NCBI GenBank assembly: GCA_905178155.1
Contig: CAJINV010000016.1
Location: forward strand, 310,001-374,000
Origin: Amoebophrya sp. A120
Lineage: Eukaryota > Protista > Dinoflagellata
DNA: 64,000 nt
Reading direction: 5' to 3'
Positions within the stretch are counted from its first letter, which is position 1. The number at the start of each line of letters is the position of its first letter. Below are positions 48,797 to 60,905 of this stretch, piece by piece. The notes beneath the pieces are model-generated. The model made no database searches and had not been told where the DNA came from. It saw only the letters and a list, made by a program, of their open reading frames with translations. A program made the translations under genes and the position numbers.

Positions 48797-51497
48797 TCAC
48801 TCCAGCGAATCCAAAAAGCCCCGGATTTTGGTGAAAAACGTGGCTCTGATAGAATTTTCCAGGCGGTGTATCACGATACAGAAAATGAATAAGTTCATCT
48901 TGCCTGTCGTAGTGGTAGTTGTGACGCCGGCATGAACGAAAATTAATTGAATTTGAAACACATTCTAACTACAACGTAGATAGAGATACACAGAGAAAAT
49001 TTTTTATACGTACACATATTTCATCTTGATCATCTCTTTTTTACCGCCAAATGACTTCGATGTCGTTGTGTCCGCCCTCGTGCACCCACCAGGGAGGAAA
49101 GGGCCGCAGACTATGCATTGCAAAAGTATTGTATCGCACTAGTATGATTTGCATTACAAATCTCCACAGCATGAGAAATGAAATTTGTGATGCTGAATGA
49201 CCTTAGGAAAAAGATTTGTAATGCATAACTGCAATTACTACGAGTACGATACTTTTGCACAGGATACAGACACGCTTCGTACAAAGCTTTCCCGTGGTCA
49301 ATCGGCACTTCCAAGTCGGCCGTGCCGTGGATCAGAAATACGGGGGCGTCCACTTCCTATGCATTGCAAAAGTGTGCTCGTATAAATGCATTACAAATTT
49401 CCTCAGCGTGAGAACAATGCGGATTTACCTCAAGAATACGATTTGTAACGCATGACTGCAATACGAGTACGATACTTTTGCACAGGATACTTCCTTTATC
49501 TTGTGCACGTTTTGGAAGACGTCGTACCAGGGGCTGTGCTGAATTTTGCTGTATACCACCGCCAGGCCGGATTTCAGCGCGGAGTGGAGAATGAGCCCCC
49601 CGAGGCCGTGCTGCAGCTCGTTTGCCAGGTGGATGCTCGGCGCGGAGCCGACGGACTGTCCGTAAAGAATTATCTGCGACATCGGGATGTTGCACTCCTC
49701 GTTCAGTTATGCATTGCAAAATTATCGTACCACTAGTTCGATCGTTCGAAAAAACAAAAATGTATGCAGTTTGTCATGCTGAATCAGGTAGAAAGTTAGA
49801 TTTGTAATGCTAGATGACTGCAATGATCTTTACGAGTGCGATAATTTTGCCATGCGTATGAGATACAGGAATGCGGCCTGGATGTCCGCATACAGGTTGC
49901 GCTCCGACGGCTCGCCCGTGCTGCACCCGTAACTGTGATGTTGAAGAAGCAGGTGTTTGGTCTTTGTTGAATACCCTAAATGCTGGTGTCGTGTCACAGT
50001 TTACTATTCTGCCCTTTACTGCAAAACATCGATTTTTCCGACACTAGTTTTGTACTAGTACGCTGATTGACGATGTTGATGTGTTTTATCTGTCGTCGAC
50101 AAATAGTTCTGATACGTACCCTGAGTAGTCATACGCCAGCACACTGACGTCGCACTTCGCGGCGATATCTCGGAGATGAGGAAACATCAAGCCTATGTCA
50201 GTGCTATTGCCGTGGGAGAAGATTATGGTCTGCGATCAACCGAAAAAACTGTTTTACTGTGATGATTTTCCTTTTTTCAATGAATCAATTACGGGCACGA
50301 CAAACATACCGGGAACATTTTTCATGCGTGGTAGATGGATACGTGGGGAAAAGACGGGCAACGTAACAAACAATGCCGTTTTGTCTTGTATTTGATGTAG
50401 AAGGAAGACATCAAATTACGACTGTGCTCTCGTGCTCGTCCATCCCCTGCATCACAAGTTCATTATAATGAAACAGTTTTTTCTTGCGATATCTTTCCTT
50501 TCCTTGCCAGAGAGCTGCTTGACGATGATCCTGCCACTTTGGCATGATCTCCTCCGGCGCCCCCAGCTGCTGTTTTTTTGAAGTGAAACGCCCTGAGTTC
50601 GTTTCCGACTACCGTGTGCAGCGTGACCGTTTCTACCGTAATATCCTGTGTAAAAACGTCCGCGCGGCCCCAGGTTTGTTTTATGGAGATCTGCATGGTC
50701 AATAAACTATTCTCTCATGCGAAGCCCCATGATGTTGAGAAGAATTGTCTAGCGTTGCTTTGGATTTTGTGATGCTCGAATCAGCGGAAACTGCTGGATC
50801 TTTGAAACTACTGCCCTAGCTGAACGCCACTACATTGCGCACCAAAACGAAAAATTGTGATGCGCAATAGCCAAAGCTTGCTTATTTGTGTAGCAGCTTC
50901 CCGATGTTGACTCTGTGGAGGTGGGGACGTTTTCACTCAGGATACGTTATCCCCAAAGCCGTGGACAGGTCCGGAATCGGTTCGGGAAACGGAGATGAGC
51001 TCCTAGAACACAGCAACGCTTTCCCCGTGTCGCTCAGGTAATACCCCGGCGGACAGGGGGGGAAAAGCTATCCTATGTAAAAACGCCCCCACCCCATGGC
51101 TGTCATGCGAATCCGGAGCCCCATGAGAAGCATTTGTCCTCGTGCGTTTGGCATCTGTAAGGCTCCCTCCCATCAGCGTAATAGGTTAGGGCTGCGATGC
51201 TGCTGAAAGAGCGAAACAGGACTGCACCAGAGGGCCAGACTTGTCATGCGCAACAGCCAATGCTTGTTGATTTGTCTAAGCAAATTTCCCATCTTGAACA
51301 TGGGGTGGGAACGTTTTTACTTAGGATAAAAACGCCACCGAATTCACGATCCGTTTCTTCACCCCCGGCACCGCCATGAGGCACCCCAGGAGGCAGACCA
51401 CGCCATCGCACCCGCCCTGGGGGGGTCGTCTGTCCGTCGCGAGATCCGTCGTCGAGGATGAGGAACTACTGGAGGACTGGCCGAAAGATTCCGGCAT
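48797..51497 (-). CDS. ABHD17: ABHD17-like alpha/beta hydrolase (protein depalmitoylase family); start uncertain
   Basis: N-terminal Cys residues (GCDGVVCLLGC), AFFPP, FSHGNSTDIG, YDYSGY, YADIQAA, nucleophile GQSVG, LIHGTADLEV, GGHNDIE; ends ...KIRGFLDSLE*. Confidence 0.88.
49112..49266. mobile_element. Introner family D
   Basis: Perfect TSD cagac. Confidence 0.9.
49358..49489. mobile_element. Introner family D
   Basis: Perfect TSD cttcc; removal gives IKEVDAPVFLIHG. Confidence 0.9.
49708..49858. mobile_element. Degenerate family D introner
   Basis: TSD tcagt/tgaga; the rule yields FLYLNEECNIP. Confidence 0.8.
50642..50944. mobile_element. Introner family J (TIR tatcctg.gtaaaaacgtcc)
   Basis: TSD cgtaa/cgtta. 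Confidence 0.88.
51069..51328. mobile_element. Introner family J
   Basis: TSD aaagc/aaaac; the rule yields VAFFPPCPPGY. Confidence 0.88.
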
Positions 51498-52785
51498 GTT
51501 GGTCGTGCAGGAGTTATTTGATCCTATCGATGTCGTGTCCAACGAACTAGGTACTTCTATTTCATCTCTCGCAGCTGCACGACAGACACCACGACAACAG
51601 GAACTTGGTTCTACTTTGCAAACTCTTACTCTAGTACTAAGTTGTACATCTTTAGTCCACATCAGCAGCGGCGTTGTGAATATATCATCGAAGCAACAGC
51701 GAAAAAAGCACACCCGGAGATGCTCTTGCTCTTGAAGAAGCTCTAGTGCTGTAACTACTAGAAATTCTTCGTTTATTGTCGCTTGACCACCACACGGTCT
51801 GAAGGTTACAGCGAGTAGCACAGCCTAGTACAGCGCCGCGTTCCAAGTTGCAGCGACAAGATCGCTGATGAACAGGCACAAATGTTGGTGACTTAGTAGA
51901 TGTTGACAATGGAGACGATGTGGGCTCGTCATGTCAGCACCAACAGCTCGACTTACAATATTTTTTTACCAGATCGGTTCTTGTGCTTGTTCGGCTGGTT
52001 ATTTGCCTTGTACTCGTTTCCACAGGGGGGCACTATTCTTGCACAAGTTGCTTCTGGCCGAGGCCGTATTTCCGGTTCATATGTACAGTTCATTTTTCCC
52101 AATGTTGTTGTAGCAGAAGCGCTACAATATGTACAGTTGTATTTGTAATGTGGTAATACTTTTTCTGAAGGTATTAAAGGCGACCGATATTGCTTGTAGG
52201 AGTTGTGTTCTCGTGAAAGTTAAAGTTTTTTGGATTTTTGTACAGACAACCTAATCGAAAATTGAAATTGAACAAATAGGTGTGCTGTGTGAGATTCATT
52301 TACAAAAGGAAAAAGCGGTTTTTGCAATACTCGGTAAATTTTATTCTGTCCAAGATAGTACATGGCAAACTGTCGTGGTTGGTCTCGATTGCTTGTTTCA
52401 TCTTCTAGGTGAAGCTGCTGCTGAAGATAAGACTGAATCATCTGTAGGGTTCCTCGTTGTAGCAGGAAACTACGGTAGATGACAAAGGAAATCATAATAT
52501 ATCACTGTGAATGAAATGCGAATCTAAAAAAAGAGGTACTAGAGGAAAAGTGCGCATAAGGCACTTGCTGTGCTGGTGTCCTCACGTCTCCAAGAAAACT
52601 CAAACTGCGTGTGCAACTGCAATAACAAATCCTGTCGATTTCATTTTCAACCAACTTCCTAGTTGTATACTCAACCACGATCTCTGTACTTTTGGTTTCG
52701 CCTTCATCGTGATTATCGTTGTCATAATGTTCCGGCTGATGTAGTACAAGAACCGGTCCACCTTCACCTGTCGCTTCTTGCTTCA

Positions 52786-55700
52786 CTACACCAACTGCCC
52801 CTTCGACAGTTTCCGATCATCCTTGTTTCCCTTCTGTATGACACCGCTCCCGAGCGTCAGGCTGATAGCTGTTGCGTGTTCCTCATTCGCGTTGGTTTAA
52901 TTTCACTCAGAGCCTGTGTCACATTCTGCAGGATCGGATCAAGCTACTTCGCATGACAAGTTTCCAATGCGCCGACCTGCGATGGAATGCGTGCGGAGTT
53001 ACTCATGATCGAGGCGCAATTTGTAGCTTCGTCCTCGTCGTTTATTTGGATTTCTTTGCCTTATCATGCTATAATCTTGCATGCACCACCACAAATCATT
53101 CAAGCGAAATTAATCACGCCCCAGCGACCAACGTAACGCTTGAGAACTACGCCATACTGTGCCCCGTTGCACTCGTCTTGGAACCCGTTTTCTTGCTCCC
53201 AGCTTGTTTCACACCGACGGCCTCCCCTTCCTCCGTCGACGCAGCGGTTTTCTTCTTCCCGCCTCCACTGCCGCTCAACCCCGCCGCGTCGTCACCGCGC
53301 GAAAAAAACGTCCAGCGGGAGGTGGAGCTCCAGAACTTCCTGAAGAACACATCGCCCCCGGTGGTCGCCTGGTGCGATTGCGGTTGGAAGTGGTGTGCCC
53401 CAATGCAAAAAACCGCGAGGATCAGCAGAGGCACGAAAATATCATTTGTAAAAACGTCCCCACCCCATAGTCGTCTCATGCAAATCTGCATGCCAAAAAA
53501 GTTTCTCATGCGGAGCCACATGAGAGGCATTTTCTAGCCGTGTTTTGGAATTTGTGATGCTATAACCAGCACGATACTCGAGATCTGCGATGCTGGTGAA
53601 CTACCCAAAGAGGATTTTTACGCTACGGGGCCAAACTTGTCATGCGAAACAAGCAAAGCTGGTTGATTTGTCTAGCAGATTTCCCATCTTGACTCTGGGG
53701 TGGGGACGTTTTTGCTCAGGATAGAAAAGCATCATCCACAGGGAATCCAGGAAGAACACGCCCGATTTCTTCTCTTGCTCCTCCTCCTCGACGTTTATCA
53801 AATGCAAAAATGTCTCGGTCTGGAAGAATGCAGACTTGTCATGCATATTTCTCATGAACCCTGATGCCCGTAATGCATGACCTAGCATCACAGACTTTTA
53901 GAGGGCTTCCTGATCATGCGCCTTCCATATGAGAAATGCCCTCTCCGCGTAGCACAAACTGGACCTTTCTTGCTGGTCATGCAACACTAATTTTTTTAGA
54001 ATCCAAAAACAGCATGACAAGTTGCATTCTTCCAGACCCAGACATTTTTACATTTGATAACGTTGCCGGACCCGCGTAGTTCCGAGACCGCCGCGCCGTG
54101 GTTATGGCGTTCTCAAACGTTACATTCTCAACTGTTACACGAATTTATAATGCAAGAAGGGCAAAAGTGAAACGAGGAAGATTGCGCCTTTTGCATTACA
54201 GATTTGGGATGGATTGTAGTGCTATTCCTATTTAGCGCGTCGAGAAGTTGTCATGCGAAGAAGGCTTGATCGTGTGAATTGTGCTAGTGTTTGTGCATGA
54301 CAAATCATGTAACAGTTGAGAATGTAACGATTGAGAACGTCATAGTGGTCCCTCTTTCCGTGCAGGGTCGTCGCAGCAGAGGTCGAACCTTGTTGCGTAG
54401 CTCCAAGGACTGCCTGCTTCGTTTTCTGCTTCTGCACTTTCTTGGTCATGAGCATTTTCTCCCCCTGCTTGTTCTCGGCTCCAAGTTGCACGAAGGAAGA
54501 AAAAGAGCCAGCTGCACCGCCCAAGAATTGCTCAGCTGCTTCACCAAGCTTGACTTCGCCCTCCATCGCTGCACCACCCGCACCCACTTCGCCAGAAACG
54601 GAAGCAACTGCTCCTGTCGGGGTCGCAGTGGTGGTCTGGTTTTTCGCCGAATTGGTCGTGTCGATTTTTTTCTTGAGCAGCTCCTGAATCTCCTCCGCCG
54701 TGGTCGTTTTCGAGAGGCGGGGCAGCTTTTCCTCATGGCTCTCCTGCTGGATCGTGTTGTACAGGTCCAGCAGGTAGGCCTTTTTGCCCGCATCGTTCCC
54801 CGCTTGAATCACACACCTGTGGTTTTTCATGGCAAAAATATTGAAGCGCAGCTGCAAGAAGAAATGCACTCATGTTGCTCTTGTTGCGGTGCGTCCTGTG
54901 TGCATCAATGGTTGACAAAACAAGTGGTCGTCCTGCGAAATATTAGGAATTATGCGCAGCATAGGCATACCACAGGCACAGGAGTACCAAATATAGCCGC
55001 CGGGGCGGGGGTAGTGAGGTCGTGGGCGTTTTTTTTCCGACAGCCGCCTTGGCCGCGGCTTTGCTTTTTCTGGGCTCGCCATACCGCCGTGAGTAACGTT
55101 ATGCCGCACGGTATGGCGGTCACTTGAGAAACGTCGCGAATTTTGGCACATTTCCAAAATTCCTTTCCGAAAGCGAGCCCCCATGCTATGGGGCCGATCC
55201 GGGCGCCACGGGGGGCGCCCAAAAAGCGAAGAAAAATCGGGCCCGTAGCATGCGGGTTGGCTTTGCGCGTCTGGCGCGCTTTTTCTCTTTTGCGTTTTTA
55301 TTTTTCACGCCGGCGCTTTTTGCAAAGCTCCCCAGGCTCTGAAACCGGCGAAAAGGCGGCCGCTTTCGCGGCCGCCCAAAATGCTTCGAAATCGCGGCCG
55401 TGCCATGCTGTTCCGCTGTTCTGATTTTGGGCGCGTTTTCTGCGCGCCTCTTTTTGGGCGCCCCAAATCGCCAGAAACTAAGGCGGTGGGCTCCTCAGAA
55501 GGGCGCCCCTTTTGCCGGCTCCCCTGCGTCGTTTTATCAAGTGTGAATCGATAGTTTTCGACCTGGCTTTTTTGTTTTCAAAGCTCCGTCCGCTTGATAA
55601 TTGAAAATTTTTTTTGTCAAAAAACTCTTTCGTCCGCTTGAAAACTGCCGGTCGTTTTGCTGGCTGGGTGTCAAAAAAACTCCCCGGTTAGAACCGTTCG

Positions 55701-58051
55701 GTGACCTCACTACATACAAAGCCCCAAAATAAGTAAGTACTTATCATCACGAATAGTATCTATCAATTATGAAGTTGTCAAAATATTACGTGTGCATGAG
55801 CGACAAAATGCCCGTGTAGACTTCGCCTGGCAGCGAACCAACTCCCGCCTTCTCGTATCAAGTGCAAAAATGTCTGGGTCTGGAAGAGTGTACACTTGTC
55901 ATGCAGATTCGATTGTCCATGACCCATGAGGTCTGAAATGCGGGACTTAGCATGACAGCCTCTGCGAGGTCTCTGCCATGCCTATCCTGCATGAGAACCT
56001 CCTCCCTTCCAACTTGGTCGAAAGTGCGCAGCTTTTGGCACTCATGCAACACAGATTTTTGTATGCTTCAGGTTTACCATGACAAGTTACCACCTTCCAG
56101 ACCCAGACATATTTGCAATTCATATCTCGTCCCAGTGGCCGAGATACTCGGGCTTCAGGGTGCTCTCCGGGATCGCGTCGCACTTGATTTCGTATCCTGT
56201 GCAAAAGTATCGCACTCGTATAAATGCAGGTCTTGCATTACAAATTTCTTTATCAAGGCAAATCAGCATTACAAATTTTCTTTCTCATGCTGGGAAAATT
56301 TGCAATGCATTTATACGATTACGATACTTTTGCAGTTCATACTTCGATGGTGGGGTCGATTTTCAGCACGTACCCCGAATACGCCCAGACGCAGATGCAC
56401 CAGGGCTGCCCGGTGAACTCGTTACTCCAGGCCCCCTGCTTGGTGTTTGTAGAGAAGTTGTTCGGCAGCTTGGCGGTGCAAATCTGGTGCAACCCGGCGT
56501 CCCCCTGTTCCGGGCCGCCACCGTCGCAGTATATGGAGTTCGCAACCGTTACATTCATTGCCGGCTGTTACATGAACAATTGGGCTCGCCCGAACAGCAG
56601 TAGTGCTGGGCGGGACCGCGAGCGCGACCAGTTTGCTATACACCGATAGTGATCAGAATGAATTGCCATCTCAGAATCATCGAGGTTCTAGTTTGCGCGT
56701 CTTGCATTACAGATTGGGAACAACGGATTTCCATGCTATTGAGTGCGTCGAAAACTTGTCATCCAAAGGAGCCGTAGAATGTGAAGGCTCACAGGGGATT
56801 TGTATGGCAAATCATGCAAGTAGAAGTACAGCATATGAATGTCACGTTCTTTGAGAAAGCCATACAATAACCGCTCCGGGTCGGACCAACATTTTCTCCG
56901 CACTTCCTATGCATTGCAAAAGCATCGCGCTCGTGGTAATCGCTATCATGCGTGACATCAGCTTCTTCTTTTCAAGTTAACCGTAACTCGCATTAGCATT
57001 AAAAATTTCATCATTTCTCATGCTGGTGAGGGAATTTGTCATGAGATTTCTACTAGAATGATGCTTTTGGTTTTGCAATGAATACTTCCGTATCCTGAGC
57101 AAAAGCAGCCCCAACCAAGAACCGATCAACCCCCTGAGAACTTGTCACTTAAACTTTTATGCAGCCCCGACTGCGTTGTAAGTAGTCTCACGCACAAGAA
57201 CCCCAAGCCCAACATGCTGAGGATCATAATCACGACAGGAACAAAAAAATTTGCCATGCAACTGCACTAGCTAGTAAGTACCTAACGACTGCAGGAGAGA
57301 CCGAAGCTTGTCATGCCCAATAGACAAGAAAGTTCTCACTTTAGCTGGAGGGTGGGGGCATAATTTTTACACGACAGGATATTCTCGTTTGGTTCCCCAT
57401 ACAGGTTCTTCGGCAGCGCTTCGTATTCTGTGCAAAAGTATCGCACTCGTACTAATACTTGAATTGGAATCATGCAAAACAAAGATGCTTCATCGGCTTC
57501 CTCACTTGAATTATCGGCATCACAACTTCTACTTCTAAGAAGTAATTGTCACGCATTTCGTACTAGTACGATAATTTTGCAATGCCTACCTCTTTTGCCC
57601 CTTGGTGATCCGCGGAAGCCTCTTGCTCGTGGACGGGACTGGTGGCACCGGCAGAAGCGCCCGGCGTACTAGAGGTTTCTCAAATGCAAATATGTCTGGG
57701 TCTGGAAAGTTGTGATGCAGGTCACTGAATAATAAGCACACTGTAATGCGCAGCCAAGCATAACAAGTTTTTTCATGCTTCTGCGTTGCGTATTCCGCAT
57801 GAGAAACTGCGTGTTTGCATGACAGGCAAGAGGAGCTTTTGGTTGCCACGCAATGCAGATCCCAGAGTCGTGCCAGACTAGCATGACAAGTCTCGCAATC
57901 TCCCAGACGCAGACCCAGACATATTTGCAATCCATAAGGTTCCCGCCTTCGCAAGCGCTTGCTTGGCTAACCGCCGCATCTTTCCGCTCGCGGGAGTAAC
58001 AAGCCCGGTCAGGAGGCCGGTAGGAAAAAGAGAAAACGAAAAGACCCGCAT
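52786..58051 (-). CDS. DUF2237-like Cys-rich protein with signal peptide and C-terminal TM helix, copy B (11 introners)
   Basis: MRVFSFSLFPTGLLTGLV; NLYGEPNEKCG..SGYCDGG..GLHQICTAKLP..WCICVWAYSGY; TM WMMLFVPLLILAVFCIGA; paralogue of 60906..62192. The 3' end is less certain. Confidence 0.75.
52837..53156. mobile_element. Degenerate family C introner
   Basis: Right end gtaacgcttgagaactacgccata; left end tatgac; TSD decayed. Confidence 0.55.
53440..53723. mobile_element. Introner family J
   Basis: Perfect TSD gaaaa; removal restores the TM helix. Confidence 0.9.
53796..54059. mobile_element. Introner family A
   Basis: Perfect TSD acgtt. Confidence 0.92.
54103..54344. mobile_element. Introner family C
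   Basis: Perfect TSD gtggt. Confidence 0.92.
55011..55713. mobile_element. GC-rich insertion with an 11-bp inverted terminal repeat inside a GT-AG intron
   Basis: gtagtgaggtc ... gacctcactac; abrupt GC shift; no clear TSD. Confidence 0.5.
55856..56124. mobile_element. Introner family A
   Basis: Perfect TSD tctcg. Confidence 0.92.
56193..56341. mobile_element. Introner family D
   Basis: TSD tttcg/cttcg. Confidence 0.9.
56532..56864. mobile_element. Introner family C
   Basis: TSD cagta/caata; removal gives TRSGYCDGG. Confidence 0.85.
56908..57084. mobile_element. Introner family D
   Basis: Perfect TSD cttcc, overlapping the TSD of the next element. Confidence 0.85.
57091..57381. mobile_element. 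Degenerate family J introner
   Basis: tatcctg...caggata ends; TSD ttccg/ttctc. Confidence 0.8.
57424..57588. mobile_element. Introner family D (degenerate)
   Basis: tattctgtgcaaaagtatcg ... cgataattttgcaatgccta; TSD cttcg/cctct. Confidence 0.75.
57678..57936. mobile_element. Introner family A
   Basis: Perfect TSD aggtt. Confidence 0.9.
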
Positions 58052-58759
58052 TTTCCTTGTGAGTTCGCCCAATGTTGAGGCAGGTGGTGTCAATTATATT
58101 GACGAATGTTTATTTGTTTAACTTTAACGCCGCGCGAGCGAAAAAAAAAAATCGAATCCCGTCTGCAGCTACTTGCTAAATCATATTCGAGCTTCGTGCT
58201 ACTTCTGTATACAATGGGCAGCCTGTTGGACTGCTTTATTCTGCTGTCTGTAACATCTTTATGTCGTGCAAAGCACGCGCAAAAGTAACCGCGCCGAGAC
58301 GCACGTGATTTGGTCATGGTGGTGCAGCTTTACGACCCATTTGGACTTTTGATGCTCGTTCTACTTTTCAAGAACTGTACGACCCTGCGAGTAGCAAAAA
58401 TCCATACAACTTGTACATTGTGGAGCCCTCCGACAAGGACTGTGTGGCACGACAAGTACCATCTTCAAGACAGCGAGCGGGAAGACACTATCTATACATC
58501 GTTTCGATCACTACGCAAAATAAAACCACAGGGCACGGCCAATGACGATCACTATCTTTACGGTCGAACTTTTATTTGTCGTGGGTGAACGTAGGGTAGT
58601 TATCATGCGGACCACCATGAGACAGCAACCAAAATTTTTCTGCCGTGAGGCATGTTCCTAAGTAGTGCAAAAGTTGCTCGATTGACGAATCAACATGCGA
58701 GTTCTACTTGTACGCAACGACCCGACTTCAGTCTCCACGACGTTGTTTTTCGTTTTCCG

Positions 58760-60377
58760 AAGTTCATATCAAATTAAAATCACACACGATCGGATGAGTC
58801 TGCCGGAAGAGTTTAGCTCTGCCCCGGATAGATTTTAGCTGCAAGCGCTGTTATTTCTATTTGGGATAAAGGTGCAGCCACCATGGCCGGCAGATCGACG
58901 CCCTTTTCCCTGTGCCCGCTGGCTGTGCCGGAGCGGATTGATTCGGCGCCCACCCAGGCGCAACCCCGCCGGGGAGAGGGAGGGTCCTCCAGCTGAGTCC
59001 TCATATGCGCGTGGGGCAAAATAAAGGCGCACACGACCCCGCGCGCCTTTTTGCTCAGGAAAAAAAATGCGAAGCACCCACCAAGCCCGCCGCGTCCAAC
59101 AAACAGGCCGCCCGCAACGGTGCCAGCTGTTTTGTATAGGCTGGCCGGTTGCGTAGGCGACTTCCTTGCTTCGACCCGCTGTTGGAAGGCTTCGGAGAGT
59201 TCCGGAAGCAGTGCGATCGGGTTCGTGAGTGTGACAGGGGCCCCGGCGAATGAAATCTGCAAAGAAGGCCAAAAAATAAGTGGTCGCAAATCAAAACGCT
59301 AGCCAAAAGTTAGCCAGAGCAGAGCAAAACAAGTTAGCCAGGAGTTGCAAAAAACGTTATCCAGCGGCCGGAAACAGGTGCGGCCATAGCATCGGCCTTT
59401 GCCGAAAAGCAAAAGTCTGCGTCTTTTGCTTCCCTTCTTTGGCTAACGTTTTGGCTAACGTTTTGGCTAACTTTTGGCTAACTTTTGGCTAACTTCTGGC
59501 TCACTTCTGGCTAACTTTTGGCTAGCCTTTTCTTCTAGAAAATGAAAAATGCAGGAAAGGGTGGCCCCCCTTAACGCAATCAAAAGCGCGGACAGGAAAG
59601 GGCGACAGATGTCCCAAAATGCGGACAGGAAAGGGCGACAGACCCTTAACGCAATCAAAATGCAGGAAAGGGCGACAGATGTCACAAACGGCCACCGCTG
59701 TTAATGCAACCCACCGGAAAGCTGGCCCAAATTAGGCCGGACGTTGGCCAAAGAACCCAGGAGCAGCTATGGCAACCCAGACCGGCCGCCCCCTTCATGC
59801 AAGAACCTCAGTGGGCTCAAATTTTGAGCCGCACGAGGTTCCGCGCCCCCTCTTTGGTGCCCTTTCCTTGTCCAACCCGTCCTCCCGCGGCAGCGCAGGC
59901 GCCTGGCCACTGATGGAAAGCAAGGGTTGGTTGCCAGTGTGCCCGAAAGGCTCAGCGCGCAAAGCTTTCGGTCTGCAGTAGGCGGGCGGGGTGACGCCCT
60001 CAGTTTTGGACCCCCCCCTTGCGGCCCTAGATGTTCGTGGAAGGCGCCGGCGCCGATTGTGCCTCCCTGCCGGTGAGAATCCCCCCCGGCCCCAGCATTA
60101 CAGGGCCCCTCGTCCTGGGAGCCCGTGTTTTGCGCGTTCCTTTTGTGGCGCGCCCCAGGAGTGGGTGGTCGCATTTTCACATATTCACGCGCAGCGCTCG
60201 CGACCTACAGCGCCCCCTTCAGCTGAAAGCCAAGGCGAATGGCTGGCCTCGCCCTGCTTGGCTAACTTCTGGCCTATTTCAGGCCAACTTTCCGGCCCCC
60301 AGCCTTAACGGGCGCGCCGTTTGTAAGTTCATATCAAATTAAAATCACACACGATCGGATGAGTCTGCCGGAAGAGT
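58760..60377. mobile_element. 1.5-kb GC-rich island flanked by a perfect 53-bp direct repeat
   Basis: aagttcatatcaaattaaaatcacacacgatcggatgagtctgccggaagagt at 58760..58812 and 60325..60377. Confidence 0.75.
59438..59525 (+). repeat. Tandem 11-12-bp repeat (ttttggctaac) x ~8
   Basis: Seen directly; inverted copies (gttagcca) at ~59298..59340. Confidence 0.9.
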
Positions 60378-60905
60378 GCGAGACAACGCCACGACGAATG
60401 ACAGGGAATAGAAGACACAAGAAGTAGTGTGTTTCTGATTCCGAAAAAGTAGTAGGACCACCACCACCACCACCACCCTACTGCAGTTTTCCTTTTGGTG
60501 CTTACGCAAACACGACCGGCCACACAGGAGCAGCCTGGTCGTGAAGGAAACAAGACAAAGACGAATTTATTTTTTCGGCATAGCAATTAGGATTTGGGTG
60601 TCCCTCCTCGTTTGGTACAAGCAGAATTCGTAAATCTGGTTCGTGCAGGTCTCCATACAGGTTCTCGACGTAGTGGAAGTGCTTTGAATTTTGTACAGGA
60701 GCATGATGAAACGAGATGAAACCGAAACGCATGATAAGGAAGGAAGCCAAGCGAAAATGGATGTCGTAAGTAGAAGTTGTAAACTGCTGGCTGTGCCCCA
60801 CTCAGCTATCATGTATGAAAGGGCAGCTTTGAGGGTCTCGGGCTCGGTAGAAGTCGTGTAAAAGTCATCTAATATTTATCAGTCGCCCAACAACAAGAAG
60901 TTAAT

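Noticed and set aside
59438-59525. Telomere-like array
   Set aside because: The unit ttttggctaac is not TTAGGG/TTTAGGG-like, and the array is short and internal.
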